This document shows positions 42,410-52,642 of a stretch of 64,000 bases of DNA, in pieces. Position 1 is the stretch's first letter; every line of letters begins with the position of its first letter. The notes beneath the pieces were generated by a model. The model did no database searches. It was not told where the DNA came from and saw only the letters and a list, made by a program, of their open reading frames with translations. Both the position numbers and the translations under genes were made by a program. This DNA is from an uncultured Acidobacteriota bacterium (lineage in GTDB: Bacteria > Acidobacteriota > UBA6911), in assembly GCA_963827655.1 (NCBI GenBank), contig CAWHCF010000023.1, positions 384,001 to 448,000 on the forward strand. The letters are read 5' to 3'.

Positions 42410-43046
42410 AGTGCAAATAGACAACCAAACCAGCGCCCTGCTCGTCATCGACATCCAGAAGGACTTCTGCGACCCCGATTTTGCCTGCGGCAAATCAGGG
42501 CGAGACCTGAGTCCGATTCATGACATGGTTGCGAAGCGGCTTCTTCCGTTTTTGCAGCAGACCCGCGCGGCCAGCATCCTGACCGTCTATTTGGCTGCCC
42601 AATACCCGATGGGAAAGTTCTCGGTGGATGGCCTGGCTGAACTCTGCCTCGAGGGAAGTCCCGGGGCCGAGTTGTATCTGATCCAGCCGGACGCAAATTC
42701 CACCCGCGAGCGAATCTTCTTCAAGTCCGAGCTGAACGCCTTCAGCAATCCGGAGCTTCACTCTTGCCTTGCGGGCGAAAGAATCGAGCAGATTCTGATC
42801 GCCGGGGTTGCGACGGACAAGTGCGTCCGCGCGACTGTGCTGGCAGCGAGATCGATGGGATATCGGGTGATCGTGCTCTCCGACCTGGTAGCCGCAGGCA
42901 CCCACCGCCGGCGCGAGCACGACGAGACTCTGGGCTACCTGGCGGCTCAGCCTGGAATCGGCGTGCTTTCTTCCGCCGAGATTCGGTTTGAGTTGGACGG
43001 TCGCAGCTTCCCGGGGAAGCGTCCACGAAGCGCGATCTTGGGTTGA
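42399..43046 (+). CDS. Isochorismatase-family cysteine hydrolase (GTG 42411 may be the true start)
   Basis: ALLVIDIQKDF, K..LNAF and GVATDKCV. Confidence 0.88.
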   Translation: MTIEVQIDNQTSALLVIDIQKDFCDPDFACGKSGRDLSPIHDMVAKRLLPFLQQTRAASILTVYLAAQYPMGKFSVDGLAELCLEGSPGAELYLIQPDANSTRERIFFKSELNAFSNPELHSCLAGERIEQILIAGVATDKCVRATVLAARSMGYRVIVLSDLVAAGTHRRREHDETLGYLAAQPGIGVLSSAEIRFELDGRSFPGKRPRSAILG

Positions 43047-43094
43047 TCGCCTCCGAGCTTCGGACCGCTTCCCCGGATCACATAACCTTTCGGC

Positions 43095-43634
43095 CTACTT
43101 GAGGGTCTGGCAGGAGGCAAGCGCGCCCGTCACATCGATCGCGCTCTGTCCCTGCTCGACACTCTTTATCTTGCCTTCCTTGTCAATGACAAAAGTCGTA
43201 CGGATGGCAATCCCCGCCTCTTCGTTCAGCACTCCATAAGCGCGGGACACCTCGCGCTTGAAGTCGCTTAGGAGAGGGAATTCGACACCGTTCTTGTTGG
43301 CGAATTCCTTCTGAGAGGCGAAAGAATCAACGCTGATGCCCAGGACCTGGGTGTTGGACTCCCGGAACTTTGCCATGTTGTCCCGGTAGTTCTGTACTTC
43401 GCGGGTTCAGCCGCCGGTGAAGGCCAGGGAGTAGAAGGCAAGAACGACGTTCTGCTTCCCGCGAAAATCAGAAAGCTTGACGTCCTTTCGATCTTGATCC
43501 TTCAGGGTGAAGTCTGGCGCCATATCCCCGACTTTCACCGAGGTCTTGGGTGTCGTGGCTTGCTGGGCGTAGGCTGAAAGGATACCGGCAACCAGGGCAA
43601 GCATAAGCCCTGGAATGAAAAGACGTCGAGTCAT
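43095..43634 (-). CDS. Selenocysteine-containing peroxiredoxin (AhpC/TSA, AhpE/BCP-like)
   Basis: ORFs 43407..43634 and 43095..43376 are one frame; [16 protein letters not shown] puts UGA at the peroxidatic Cys position; downstream hairpin. Confidence 0.85.
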
Positions 43635-43664
43635 CTTCAGGCTCCTTTCGGGAAATATGCTTAA

Positions 43665-43693
43665 AATTTATGCGCGGGTGTCTTTGGAGTCAA
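43665..43693 (-). promoter_or_regulatory. Sigma70-type promoter for the peroxiredoxin
   Basis: TTGACT-17 bp-TAAATT on the minus strand. Confidence 0.6.
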
Positions 43694-43728
43694 CCGAAAA
43701 CGCCGCTTCACCAGGAAAGCCGCCAGAA

Positions 43729-44125
43729 CCTGCGATTCAAACGGTGGTCGCTGGCCGAGAACGAAGAAGGAAAGAAGTGCCTGGCAAAGCGCCAGATCCG
43801 AAGGGCCGGCAGTGCGTAGGCCCGGCCGATAGAGACTGTTGCAGAACAACGGTCTCAGATGGTCGTCGCCACAGGATGCTCGAAAGGTGTCTAGGCCACT
43901 CGGCAGTGGGCGCGGGCGTCAGTCTCGTTAGGCCGGGAAAAGAGTTCAGGTCGAGAACGAGCGCCGAAGGTGCGACACAGTCGGAGTGCCGGTCCTTCGG
44001 ATGTCGGATTCGGGGCCGTGCCTCACGCCTCACGGCAGCGGCTATTCCCTGCCCGGCCTTCGGCCCTGTTAACGGGACGCGAGAAGAACCTTCGAGAATC
44101 GTACCGCTACTGTCTGAATCGCAGG
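43729..44125 (+). ncRNA. Candidate large structured non-coding RNA of unknown family
   Basis: 19-bp terminal stem with G-U pairs, about 10 internal stems, UUCG and GAAA loops, A-rich junctions; no credible ORF. Confidence 0.65.
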
Positions 44126-44193
44126 CCAGGACATATAAGTTTGGAAGTATGGTGCGCTTGTGATAAACCTAATTCCTAATTCCAGGTGAATCA

Positions 44194-44640
44194 ATGGCGG
44201 CGATTTCCGCTGACCTCAAGAAGCTTCTGGCGCGCACCAAGCTGGCTGTACTTCCGGAGGATTACTACTTGATCCATCTTCCGCTGGACACCCGGCCGAT
44301 TGCGGCGGAATGGTTTCGTCCCGCCACGACCCGTTTTGCAATCTTCATCCGCGAGCCGAGGGGAATCTCCCTGGTGGTTCCGCGCAGAAAATGGCTGCGG
44401 ATGAGAAATATCTTCAGCGAGTACCGGCTTCGCGGACCGATGAGAGTGATCACGCTCGAAATGCCGGATTCCCTGGAGGTGTCCGGCTACATCTCGGCGC
44501 TCATCAATGTTCTTTCGCAGGCACGAATCAGCCTCATTCCCGTATCTTCGATGAATCGCGATCACATCCTGGTAAGGAAGCCGGACCTTCCCCGCAGCGT
44601 TCGGCTCTTGCGCAACTTCCTTCAGAGCTGCGGGGCGTAG
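44194..44640 (+). CDS. ACT-domain protein (ACT_7/CASTOR-like)
   Basis: EP.GISLVV and L...GYISALINVLSQARISLIPVSS..RDHILV pattern. Confidence 0.75.
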   Translation: MAAISADLKKLLARTKLAVLPEDYYLIHLPLDTRPIAAEWFRPATTRFAIFIREPRGISLVVPRRKWLRMRNIFSEYRLRGPMRVITLEMPDSLEVSGYISALINVLSQARISLIPVSSMNRDHILVRKPDLPRSVRLLRNFLQSCGA

Positions 44641-44769
44641 GAAATTACTAATTACAATGGCAACGCAATTGTGAGAGACCCGTTCCTTTTCTTTCGAGCG
44701 GCCGCCTTCAGGTATCCGCATGTTGTCCGTATTGTTAGAAGCTCACTGGCTGATTGAGTCGAGGCCATC

Positions 44770-45255
44770 ATGACATTCCTTATCCTGTCGTTTCTCATCA
44801 CAATGATAGGGCTCGGCCAGGATTCGAGCGAGCCGGCGCGCCAGATACGGCTTATGCTCGAAGTTCAGCAGCAGGACTGGAACCGCGGCGATATCGAATC
44901 CTTCATGCGCGGCTACGAACGGGGCGATTCCCTTATTTTTACCAGTGGAGGGAAGATCTTCCGGGGTTGGGACGAAGCGCTTCGGCGGTACAAATCCACG
45001 TACCGGGATCGTGAGGCCATGGGGCAACTCGAGTTCTCACAGCTGGAGATAACGATTCTGAGCGACACGGCCGCCATCGTCCTCGGAAAATGGAGTCTTC
45101 AACGCCGAAACGACAGCCCGGGAGGTGTCTTTACGCTGGCGCTGCGAAAGGGCTCCGATGGATGGAAGATCATCCACGACCACACGTCATCCTACGAAAC
45201 GACCAGAACTGAGAGATGTACTTTGAAAGAGAAGGATGCGAACTGCGAATCGTGA
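44770..45255 (+). CDS. DUF4440/NTF2-like secreted protein
   Basis: QQDWNRGDIESFMRGY, MGQLEFS and WKIIHDHTS. Confidence 0.85.
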   Translation: MTFLILSFLITMIGLGQDSSEPARQIRLMLEVQQQDWNRGDIESFMRGYERGDSLIFTSGGKIFRGWDEALRRYKSTYRDREAMGQLEFSQLEITILSDTAAIVLGKWSLQRRNDSPGGVFTLALRKGSDGWKIIHDHTSSYETTRTERCTLKEKDANCES

Positions 45256-45654
45256 AGAAGCGATACTCGATGTTTTTATCCTGAACGATTTTGACACACG
45301 GATATCCTGTGAGATCTTCGAATCACAAAAGCGAACCGACCCGTCGTCCGGAAGCGTGGCCAGCGACGGCATGGTGCTGCCGTAGGCATCGCTTCTCCCC
45401 GCGCGGGTATTGTTCCAAATTTCCGATAAGCTGGTTCAGCTCTTCCAGCGAAGAGACGGTACGGCCGATCGCGTCCCGCGACTTCTAGCCGACAATGTCG
45501 ATTGACTGGATGGCGATGAAAAGGCTAGAGTAAGGATTCGCTAAGCCCATCCCTCGAGTTGTGAGCTGAGTCCGTCCCTTGCTTGCGCTGTACCGCGTGA
45601 GCGATCTGCGGACTATGTTGTCTTCCGTAAAGCGCCTTTGCGGCGACACCTTTC

Positions 45655-47422
45655 ATGCAGATAGTTCTGGTCCTGACACTTCTGGTTCTTGTCCTGGTGC
45701 TGTTTCCTCTCGAGATAGTCTCGGTCGACATCATTGCACTCGGGGGTGTGATCATCCTGGTCGCCACCGGCATCCTGTCTTCGAGCGAGGCATTCGCGAG
45801 CTTTGGCAGTGACATGATGGTCCTTTTGGCTTCTATCTTCGTCATTGCCGGAGCGCTTCTCAGGACTGGCGTCCTTGACTCCATGGGGCTCTGGCTCTAC
45901 CGCCACAGCAAAGGGAACTACTATGTCCTGCTGGCGAGCATTATTCTGGTGGTCTGTTTCGCGTCCGCATGGATGAACAACACCGTGGTCACGGCCGTGT
46001 TCGTGCCGCCGGTTCTTGCGGTGGCCCGCCGATCTCAGATTCCTCCCTCGAAGCTGCTCATGCCCGTGGCCTTTGCTGCAATGCTGGGCGGATGTTGCAC
46101 CTTGATCGGAACCTCCACAAACGTCGCCGCCAGCGCTTTTCTGACCCGCAGGGGTATGGAACCCTTCGGTCTCTTTGAGTTCTTGCCTATCGGTCTGGCG
46201 GGAATTATCGGCCGGTACCCTCTTCTTCCTGTTCGGGGGAGCGCGGCTTTTGCCGTCGCGAGGAACCGGAGAGCTGATCAAAGCCTACCACGTGAAGGAG
46301 TACTTGACTGAAGTGGCCCTCCGGAACGGCTGCCCATTTGTGGGAAAACGCATCGATGAAGGCGGATTCAGGGAAATTGCGGAAGTGACGGTCCTCGGAA
46401 TCATCCGAGGGCAGAACACTCAACTGGCGCCCGAAGGACATGAGATCCTGCAAGAAAATGACATTCTTCTGCTCGAAGCCGGAGTGGAAGGCATTCACCG
46501 GCTGCGCCACACTCAAGGAGTGGAAATCAAGGGGGATATCGACCTCGGCGACAAGAGCCTTGAATCGGAAAAGGTCAAGCTGGCGGAGGTAATGATTGGA
46601 CCGGGCTCACGTTTCATCGGCCGATCACTGAAAGAGATCGAGTTCCGCCGCAGGTATGGCATGACGGCTCTTGCTCTCTCCAGGCATGGCGGTGACGTGG
46701 TCGAAAAAGTGGGAAAGATCCCGCTGATGGTAGGAGACGTCCTGCTGGTTCAAGGTCCTGAGACTCGGCTGGACGACCTCCGAAGCAGTGCCAGTATCCT
46801 GGTGCTGAGCGATCTTTCCCACTTCTTGTTCGAACGAAAGAAAGGAACCTATGTGATAACTTTCTTTGTTCTGGCTCTCGTGCTGGGGGCGCTCGATATA
46901 CTTCCCCTGACCATTACTGTGTTGGGGGCCGCGCTACTCACTATTATCGTTCGCGCTGTTCCACACGAGGAAGTCTATCGTCTGATCGAGTGGCGGCTCT
47001 TAATCATGATCGGAGGAATGACGGCGTTCGGGCAAGCACTGGTGGCCACGGGTGCGGACAAGTTTCTGGCGGACCTGATTGTGAAGACGTCGGGATTTTT
47101 CGGTCCTCACGGGATTCTTATGGGTTTCTTCGTCCTCACAGTGGCGCTGAGCCAGCCTCTATCGAACGCCGCGGCGGCGTTGGCTGTGCTTCCCGTTGCC
47201 GTGGCCAGCGCCGAGAGCCTGGGGGCGAATCCGCGGGCATTTGCCGTGGCTGTGACGATGGCTGCCTCGGCATCGTTCATGACTCCGTTCGAGCCGTCCT
47301 GCGTGCTGGTCTATCCGGCCGGCCGCTATCGCTTCCTGGATTTCATCAAGGTTGGGCTGCCGCTGACCCTCGTGTTCATGGCTGTCGTGTTGATCATGGT
47401 TCCGCTGATCTGGGGGCTGTAG
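45655..47422 (+). CDS. SLC13/CitMHS-family permease with two TrkA-C domains; +1 frameshift at ~46211
   Basis: SAWMNNT, PSKLLMP, GG..TLIGTSTN, SNAAAA and GRYRFLDFIKVG. Confidence 0.88.
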
Positions 47423-47445
47423 AAAAACAGGGACGTCCCCGTTTT

Positions 47446-48627
47446 CTACATCAGCTCGAAGATCCCCGCGGCCCCCATCCCGCCGCCGATGCACATCGTG
47501 ACCATGCCATAGCGGTTTTTGCGGCGCCGCATCTCCGAAATAAGCGTGGCGGTGAGCTTGGCCCCGGTGCATCCGAGAGGATGCCCGAGCGCGACCGCTC
47601 CGCCATTGACATTCACCTTTTCCAGATCCAGGCCGACTTCCTTGATCACAGCCAGCGCCTGCGCTGCGAAGGCTTCGTTGAGCTCGATCAGATCGATGTC
47701 TGAGAGATTGAGTCCGGCTATTTTCAACGCCTTGGGAATTGCGACCGCCGGCCCGATGCCCATGATTTCGGGCGGAACTCCGCCGGTAGCGAATGACACG
47801 AAGCGGGCCAGAGGCCTGACGCCCAATTCCCGCGCCCGATCGGACGACATCACGACACAAGCCGCGGCGCCGTCCGATGTCTGGGAAGCATTCCCGGCAG
47901 TAACCGTGCCGCGCGCATGAAACACGGGCTTGAGCTTTGCCAGTCCTTCGCGCGAGGTGTCGGGCCGGGGCCCCTCGTCGATCGCGAAGGAAATCTCTTT
48001 GAAACTGGGTTGAGTTCCGTTCATCGCGGGCAGTTCTACTTGAACTTTCAACGGCACGATCTCTTCCTGAAACTTCTGATCTCTTATGGCCGCCAGAGCC
48101 CGGGTGTGGCTGCGCAGCGAAAACTCGTCGGCCTGCTCGCGGGTAATGCCGTACTTGCGGGCGAGATTTTCCGCGGTGAGCCCCATCGATAGATACGTAT
48201 CGGGCGCATGCTCGACCAGGTGCGGGTTGGGCGCCAGTTTATGGCCGCTCATTGGAACCATGCTCATGCTTTCAGTTCCCCCGGCGACAACTGTGTGGGC
48301 AAAACCGGCGATGATGCGTTCGGCGGCGAATGCGATGGCCTGCAGCCCGGACGAGCAAAACCGATTTATCGTCAGTGCGGAAGTGGTTACCGGCAGCCCC
48401 GCCCGGAGCATGGCAATGCGAGCAACGTTCATCCCTTGCTCTGCTTCAGGCATGGCACAGCCGAGAATCACGTCCTCGACCTCGGCATCCTCAAGCCCCG
48501 AAACGCGATTGATGGCCTCTCGGATGGCGACTGCCGCCATGTCGTCAGGGCGCGTGTTGCGCAGTGTTCCCTTGCCCGCCTTTCCGACGGCGGTCCGGAC
48601 AGCGCTGGCTATGATTGCTTCTGGCAT
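47446..48627 (-). CDS. fadA: Acetyl-CoA C-acyltransferase (thiolase)
   Basis: [21 protein letters not shown] and CIGGGMG. Confidence 0.95.
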   Translation of the reverse strand: MPEAIIASAVRTAVGKAGKGTLRNTRPDDMAAVAIREAINRVSGLEDAEVEDVILGCAMPEAEQGMNVARIAMLRAGLPVTTSALTINRFCSSGLQAIAFAAERIIAGFAHTVVAGGTESMSMVPMSGHKLAPNPHLVEHAPDTYLSMGLTAENLARKYGITREQADEFSLRSHTRALAAIRDQKFQEEIVPLKVQVELPAMNGTQPSFKEISFAIDEGPRPDTSREGLAKLKPVFHARGTVTAGNASQTSDGAAACVVMSSDRARELGVRPLARFVSFATGGVPPEIMGIGPAVAIPKALKIAGLNLSDIDLIELNEAFAAQALAVIKEVGLDLEKVNVNGGAVALGHPLGCTGAKLTATLISEMRRRKNRYGMVTMCIGGGMGAAGIFELM

Positions 48628-48645
48628 GATCTTACCTCCCTATCA

Positions 48646-48777
48646 ATTGCGGATTGCGGATTGCAGATTGCGGATTAGCCGATTGGATTGCGGATTTGGA
48701 CCAGCGCGATCCAAGAACGATTTGGTCTTTTAACCATGAATCTTTAATCCGCAATCCGCAATCCGAAATCTGCAATC
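48646..48777. repeat. Heptamer palindrome (GATTGCG)n ... (CGCAATC)n
   Basis: Tandem ATTGCGG units followed by inverted AATCCGC units between fadN and fadA. Confidence 0.9.
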
Positions 48778-48778
48778 G

Positions 48779-51191
48779 CTAGTTACGCAGCGGCTTGCCC
48801 TCGCGCAGCATATGTTCCATTCGTTCCTGGGTCTTCGGCTGGCCGCAGAGGGTCAGGAATGCCTCCCGCTCCAGATCCCGCAGGTGCTGCTCACTCACCT
48901 TTCGAGTTCCCAGGAACGCCCCTCCAGTAAGTACGACGGCAAGCTGCGTGCCTACCACTTTATCGTACGCAGAAATGTATCCCGCGCGTTCCATGGTGTG
49001 CAAACCTAACTTCAGGCTGGCCAGCCCAGGTTGTCCCAGGACCGGGATATCATTGCGCGGCACCGGAGGGCGATACCCCTCGCGTGCCAGGGTCAGAACA
49101 TCCTGCTTGGCGTGGTAGATGCGTTGGTCCTGGTTCATGCTGATATGGTCGCGCTCACTCAGCAGACCCAACGCGCGCGCTTCCGATGCGGAACCGGAGA
49201 CTCGGGCAGTCCCGATCAGTTCGAAGACTTTCCGAATTCGAGGAAAAAGATCGGTATCAGAATCCGATCCGGCTTCCCGCGCAGCTCTCGAGACCATCTC
49301 CATACATCCGCCGCCCGCCGGCACCAGCCCTACCCCCACCTCGACGAAGCCGATGTAAAGCTCCGCAGCGGCATGGACCTGATCCGACTGGATCACGATT
49401 TCACATCCGCCGCCCAGGGCCATCTGATGCGGCGCCGCTACCACAGGCTTTTCCGAGTAACGCAGCCGGGAATTGGCTTGCTGAAAACTGCGTATAGCCT
49501 CGTCGATCGCATCCCACTTCCCTGCCCTGGCCGCCCCGAGGACCTCAACCAGATTCGCTCCGGCCGAAAAATTGTCCCCGTCATTGGCAATCACGAGTCC
49601 CTCGAAATTTCGGGACACTTCTTCCACCGCTTCGTTCATCATCTGGATGATATCGGCATCGACCGAATTCATCTTGCTGTGAAACTCCAGGCAGGCAACG
49701 CCATCCCCGATGTCGAGGAGCGAGGCGCCGGGGTTTTGCCGCACGATCCGGTTTCGAGTTCTGAAAGAACTCAGAACGATCACACCCGGCCGTTCAGGCT
49801 CCTTTACATACGCCGCGGTCGCGGGCTCGAAATAAAGAGTCTTGCCTGACCTGCGCTTGTAGAACGAGTTCTTCCCCGAAGCCAGGACGCCCTGGACCAG
49901 CGGTGGAATGGGACGCTGCTCTTCCTGCAAGCGCTTCGCCACCGCTTCGACGCCGAGCGCATCCCAGGTTTCGAAGGGCCCGAGCTTATGAAGGAATCCC
50001 CACTTCATGGCTCGATCCACGCTCACGATGTCATCCGAAATTTCAGGAATCTTGGACGCGGCGTAGCTCAGGGAGGAACTCAAGACTCTCCACAAAAACT
50101 TTCCCGCCCTATCCGAACCAAAGACCAGCTTGCGAAGCCGCTTCTCCAGAGCAGGGAGTTTTTTGATCTTGTCCAGCGCAGGGAACCGTGGCCCCTGTGC
50201 GGGACGATACTCCATGGAGTGGTAATCGAGGTATTGAATTTCCGTACCGCGAGCCGAACGGACCTTCTTGTAAAAGCCCTGGCCGGTCTTGTCGCCCAGC
50301 CAACGGTTTTGCAGCATGGTCTGGACGAACGCCGGAACCGTGAAGATTTCACGTTCGGCCGGATCGGAAAGTAAATCGTGCAGGTTTCGGATGACGAATA
50401 CGAAAGTGTCGACCCCCACCACGTCAAAGGTCCGGAAAGTCGCGCTCTTGGGCCGGCCCAGCGACGGGCCCGGTAAGGAGATCGACTTCCTCGACGGTCA
50501 AATCCTCGTCCACCATCGCCTTGAAGAGGACGCAGATCCCGTGCGTGGCAATCCGATTCGCGATAAAGTTCGGCGTATCTTTGCAGAGGACCACCCCCTT
50601 GCCGAGCCGGTCCTCCCCGAATCGCATCAGGAAATGAGTGAGGGCCGGGTCGGTCGCAGGTGTCGGGATAATCTCCAGCAGTTTGAGATAGCGCGGCGGG
50701 TTGAAGAAATGAGTGCCGAGAAAGTGCTTCCGGAAGTCTTCGGAAAATCCTTCCGCGATGCTATGAATCGGTATGCCTGAGGTGTTCGAGCTGACCGGCG
50801 TGCCGGGCCGGCGATGAGACTCAACCTGCTCGAACAACTTGCGCTTGACCTCGAGATTCTCCGTAACAGCCTCGACAATCCAATCGGCCTTCCCGATCCA
50901 ACCCAGGTTGTCGGTGAAGTTCCCGGTCCGGACCAGCGAAGCCGCCTCCGGGCTGAAAACCGCCGCTGGTTTGGAGTTGAGCGCGCTCTTCCAACCGGTC
51001 TGGACGATGCGGTTACGCACAGCCGGCGAATCCAGGGTCAATCCCTTGCTTTGCTCTTCCGGTGTCAGCTCGGAAGGCGCGACATCCAGGAGGTATGACG
51101 GAATTCCGGCATTTGCCAGGTGCGCAGCGATCTTACTTCCCATTACACCGGCGCCTAATACCGCAGCTTGCCGGATCTTGAATTCGGCCAT
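48779..51191 (-). CDS. fadN: 3-hydroxyacyl-CoA dehydrogenase/enoyl-CoA hydratase (FadN type); +1 frameshift at ~50463
   Basis: GAGVMG, SSNTSG, HFFNPPRY, LGGGCE and terminal GKPLRN; the repaired junction reads GPVLGRPKSATFRT. Confidence 0.9.
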
Positions 51192-51247
51192 CGCAAGCTC
51201 ACTTTCGATTGACGATTAAGGAATGACGAGGACCTCAGGGTTGGCTG

Positions 51248-52072
51248 TTAACTCGACAAAGCGTCAATCACCAAGGGTTGGGGCTTCCAGCGCTGAAGGA
51301 AGTCCGTCAGAAAATTCTCCGGGCCGGCAGCGCTGGCTCGGTTGGCTATTTCGTCTCGGGCGCAGGCGACCACTTTCTGATATGCGGCGGCATCCAGTTT
51401 TCCCCTCAGCAACTGCACCCGCGCGAAGAGGAGATATGTTTGCAGCACGTCGGTCATGCAATACTGATTGATCTCCTTGTAGCGACCCTGCCGATACAAG
51501 TACTCAACGTCCTCCCCGGCTATGGTGTACTTTCCTGGCAGCCCTATCAGTTTGGCCAGAATATTCAGCGATCCTCGACGGTAGACGGCGCCAAAGTTAG
51601 AAAGGAAGTCGCACAGGTCGAAGTGGTAAAGATCGAGGTAACGACTTCCGCGGTAGGTCTGGCGCAGTTCCTGGTTGGCGAAGTAGCGCGGTAAAGCTAT
51701 CCCGTATTTCATGGCTCGGGTTTCCAGCACCGGAAGATCGAAGTCGCGCCCATTGAAAGTGACGAGAGTTTGAGAACTCTCGAACATTTGCCAGAAGCGG
51801 ACGACCAGGTCACTTTCCGTGAACCGGTCGACTCCCAGACAACCGAACGCCCGGATACGATAATTCTCATCCACCTGCAGGGTAGCGATCGAGATCGGTA
51901 TGTGGAAAGGAATCGGGAAAAAGTCGCTGCGCTGTCCGCTGCGCTCAAGCAGGCGGTCCCTCGCCTTGTCATACGCCTGATCGAGCGTCAACGTGTCTTC
52001 GGGATCGTAAATCTGTTTTACCAGATCCTTGTCGACCCTGGTTTCAATATCAAAGACGAGATATCGCGACAT
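51248..52072 (-). CDS. PolB-related 3'-5' exonuclease (DEDDy)
   Basis: VFDIET, TFNGRDFDLP and YCMTDV; ATG 52072 chosen as start. Confidence 0.88.
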   Translation of the reverse strand: MSRYLVFDIETRVDKDLVKQIYDPEDTLTLDQAYDKARDRLLERSGQRSDFFPIPFHIPISIATLQVDENYRIRAFGCLGVDRFTESDLVVRFWQMFESSQTLVTFNGRDFDLPVLETRAMKYGIALPRYFANQELRQTYRGSRYLDLYHFDLCDFLSNFGAVYRRGSLNILAKLIGLPGKYTIAGEDVEYLYRQGRYKEINQYCMTDVLQTYLLFARVQLLRGKLDAAAYQKVVACARDEIANRASAAGPENFLTDFLQRWKPQPLVIDALSS

Positions 52073-52127
52073 ATGGAATTCAAATGCAGATTCAAGAGCG
52101 GTAATTGTGGACGAGCCGGACACGGTT

Positions 52128-52320
52128 GTCAAACGTGTTGGGGTCAGAGTCGCATCAGCCGTGCAGGGAGTATCCGTGAAGGCCGTTTGCGAACTATCCA
52201 ATGTCGCGTCAGCCTTCCTCCGCTGGAAATCGAGCAGACAAAGTGCTCCTTCAGCCGGCTCAAACAGCCGCAACGGCCGACCTCGACCACCTGCCCCAAC
52301 CGATCTACGTCCGCGTTGAC
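52128..52320 (-). ncRNA. Candidate 6S-like rod-shaped RNA (193 nt)
   Basis: End-to-end pairing with a central bubble; GATAAT -10 element 6 nt upstream. Confidence 0.5.
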
Positions 52321-52413
52321 GTGCACATTATCCTGGTTTTGGCGGTGGCGCCGATTACCCACCCCAGCAAACCTCGCAGAATGAGCCAGGTAAAGGGATT
52401 CATCCCAATTTCT

Positions 52414-52460
52414 ACCCAATATGTTGGGGCTGAGATCCGCAAGGGCCCAAGATATTGCGG
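52414..52460. promoter_or_regulatory. Tandem NrdR boxes
   Basis: ACCCAATATGTTGGGG (52414) and GCCCAAGATATTGCGG (52445), 31 bp apart, upstream of nrdJ. Confidence 0.75.
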
Positions 52461-52468
52461 ATTTTTGC

Positions 52469-52497
52469 TTGACACGAAATTTCACCGGGTGTAATAA
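52469..52497 (+). promoter_or_regulatory. Sigma70-type promoter of nrdJ
   Basis: TTGACA followed by GTGTAATAA. Confidence 0.55.
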
Positions 52498-52642
52498 GTT
52501 CGTAATTCTTGGAGGTCTTTCAGAGACAAATGTGGGGAGCGTAGAAGCCCTGCCGGAACCAACATTGTGTGGCAGGAGCAGGACATTTTTCTCTCTTTAA
52601 GGCAAAATTGGACTGTTGGTGATTGCGATTTGAGGAGGAGTA

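Noticed and set aside
43729-44125. RNase P RNA, SRP RNA, tmRNA, glycine/lysine riboswitch or group I/II intron as the identity of the large RNA
   Set aside because: It lacks GAGGAAAGUCC and ACAGAAnnCGGCUUA, the GGAA/AGCAG SRP loop, tRNA-like ends and a tag ORF, the CUCAGG partner of the glycine aptamer, and intron domain V
43615-44179. ORFs overlapping the large RNA
   Set aside because: No recognisable motifs or RBS; composition is typical of spurious GC-rich ORFs
45260-45640. Unannotated gap as a gene or RNA
   Set aside because: No convincing ORF or nested pairing found by eye
50440-50480. Programmed frameshifting in fadN and other split genes
   Set aside because: No slippery heptamer or homopolymer; all cases are explained by one extra base
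52073-52273. N-terminal extension of the exonuclease ORF
   Set aside because: The family motif starts at ATG 52072; the region is better explained by a promoter and structured RNA
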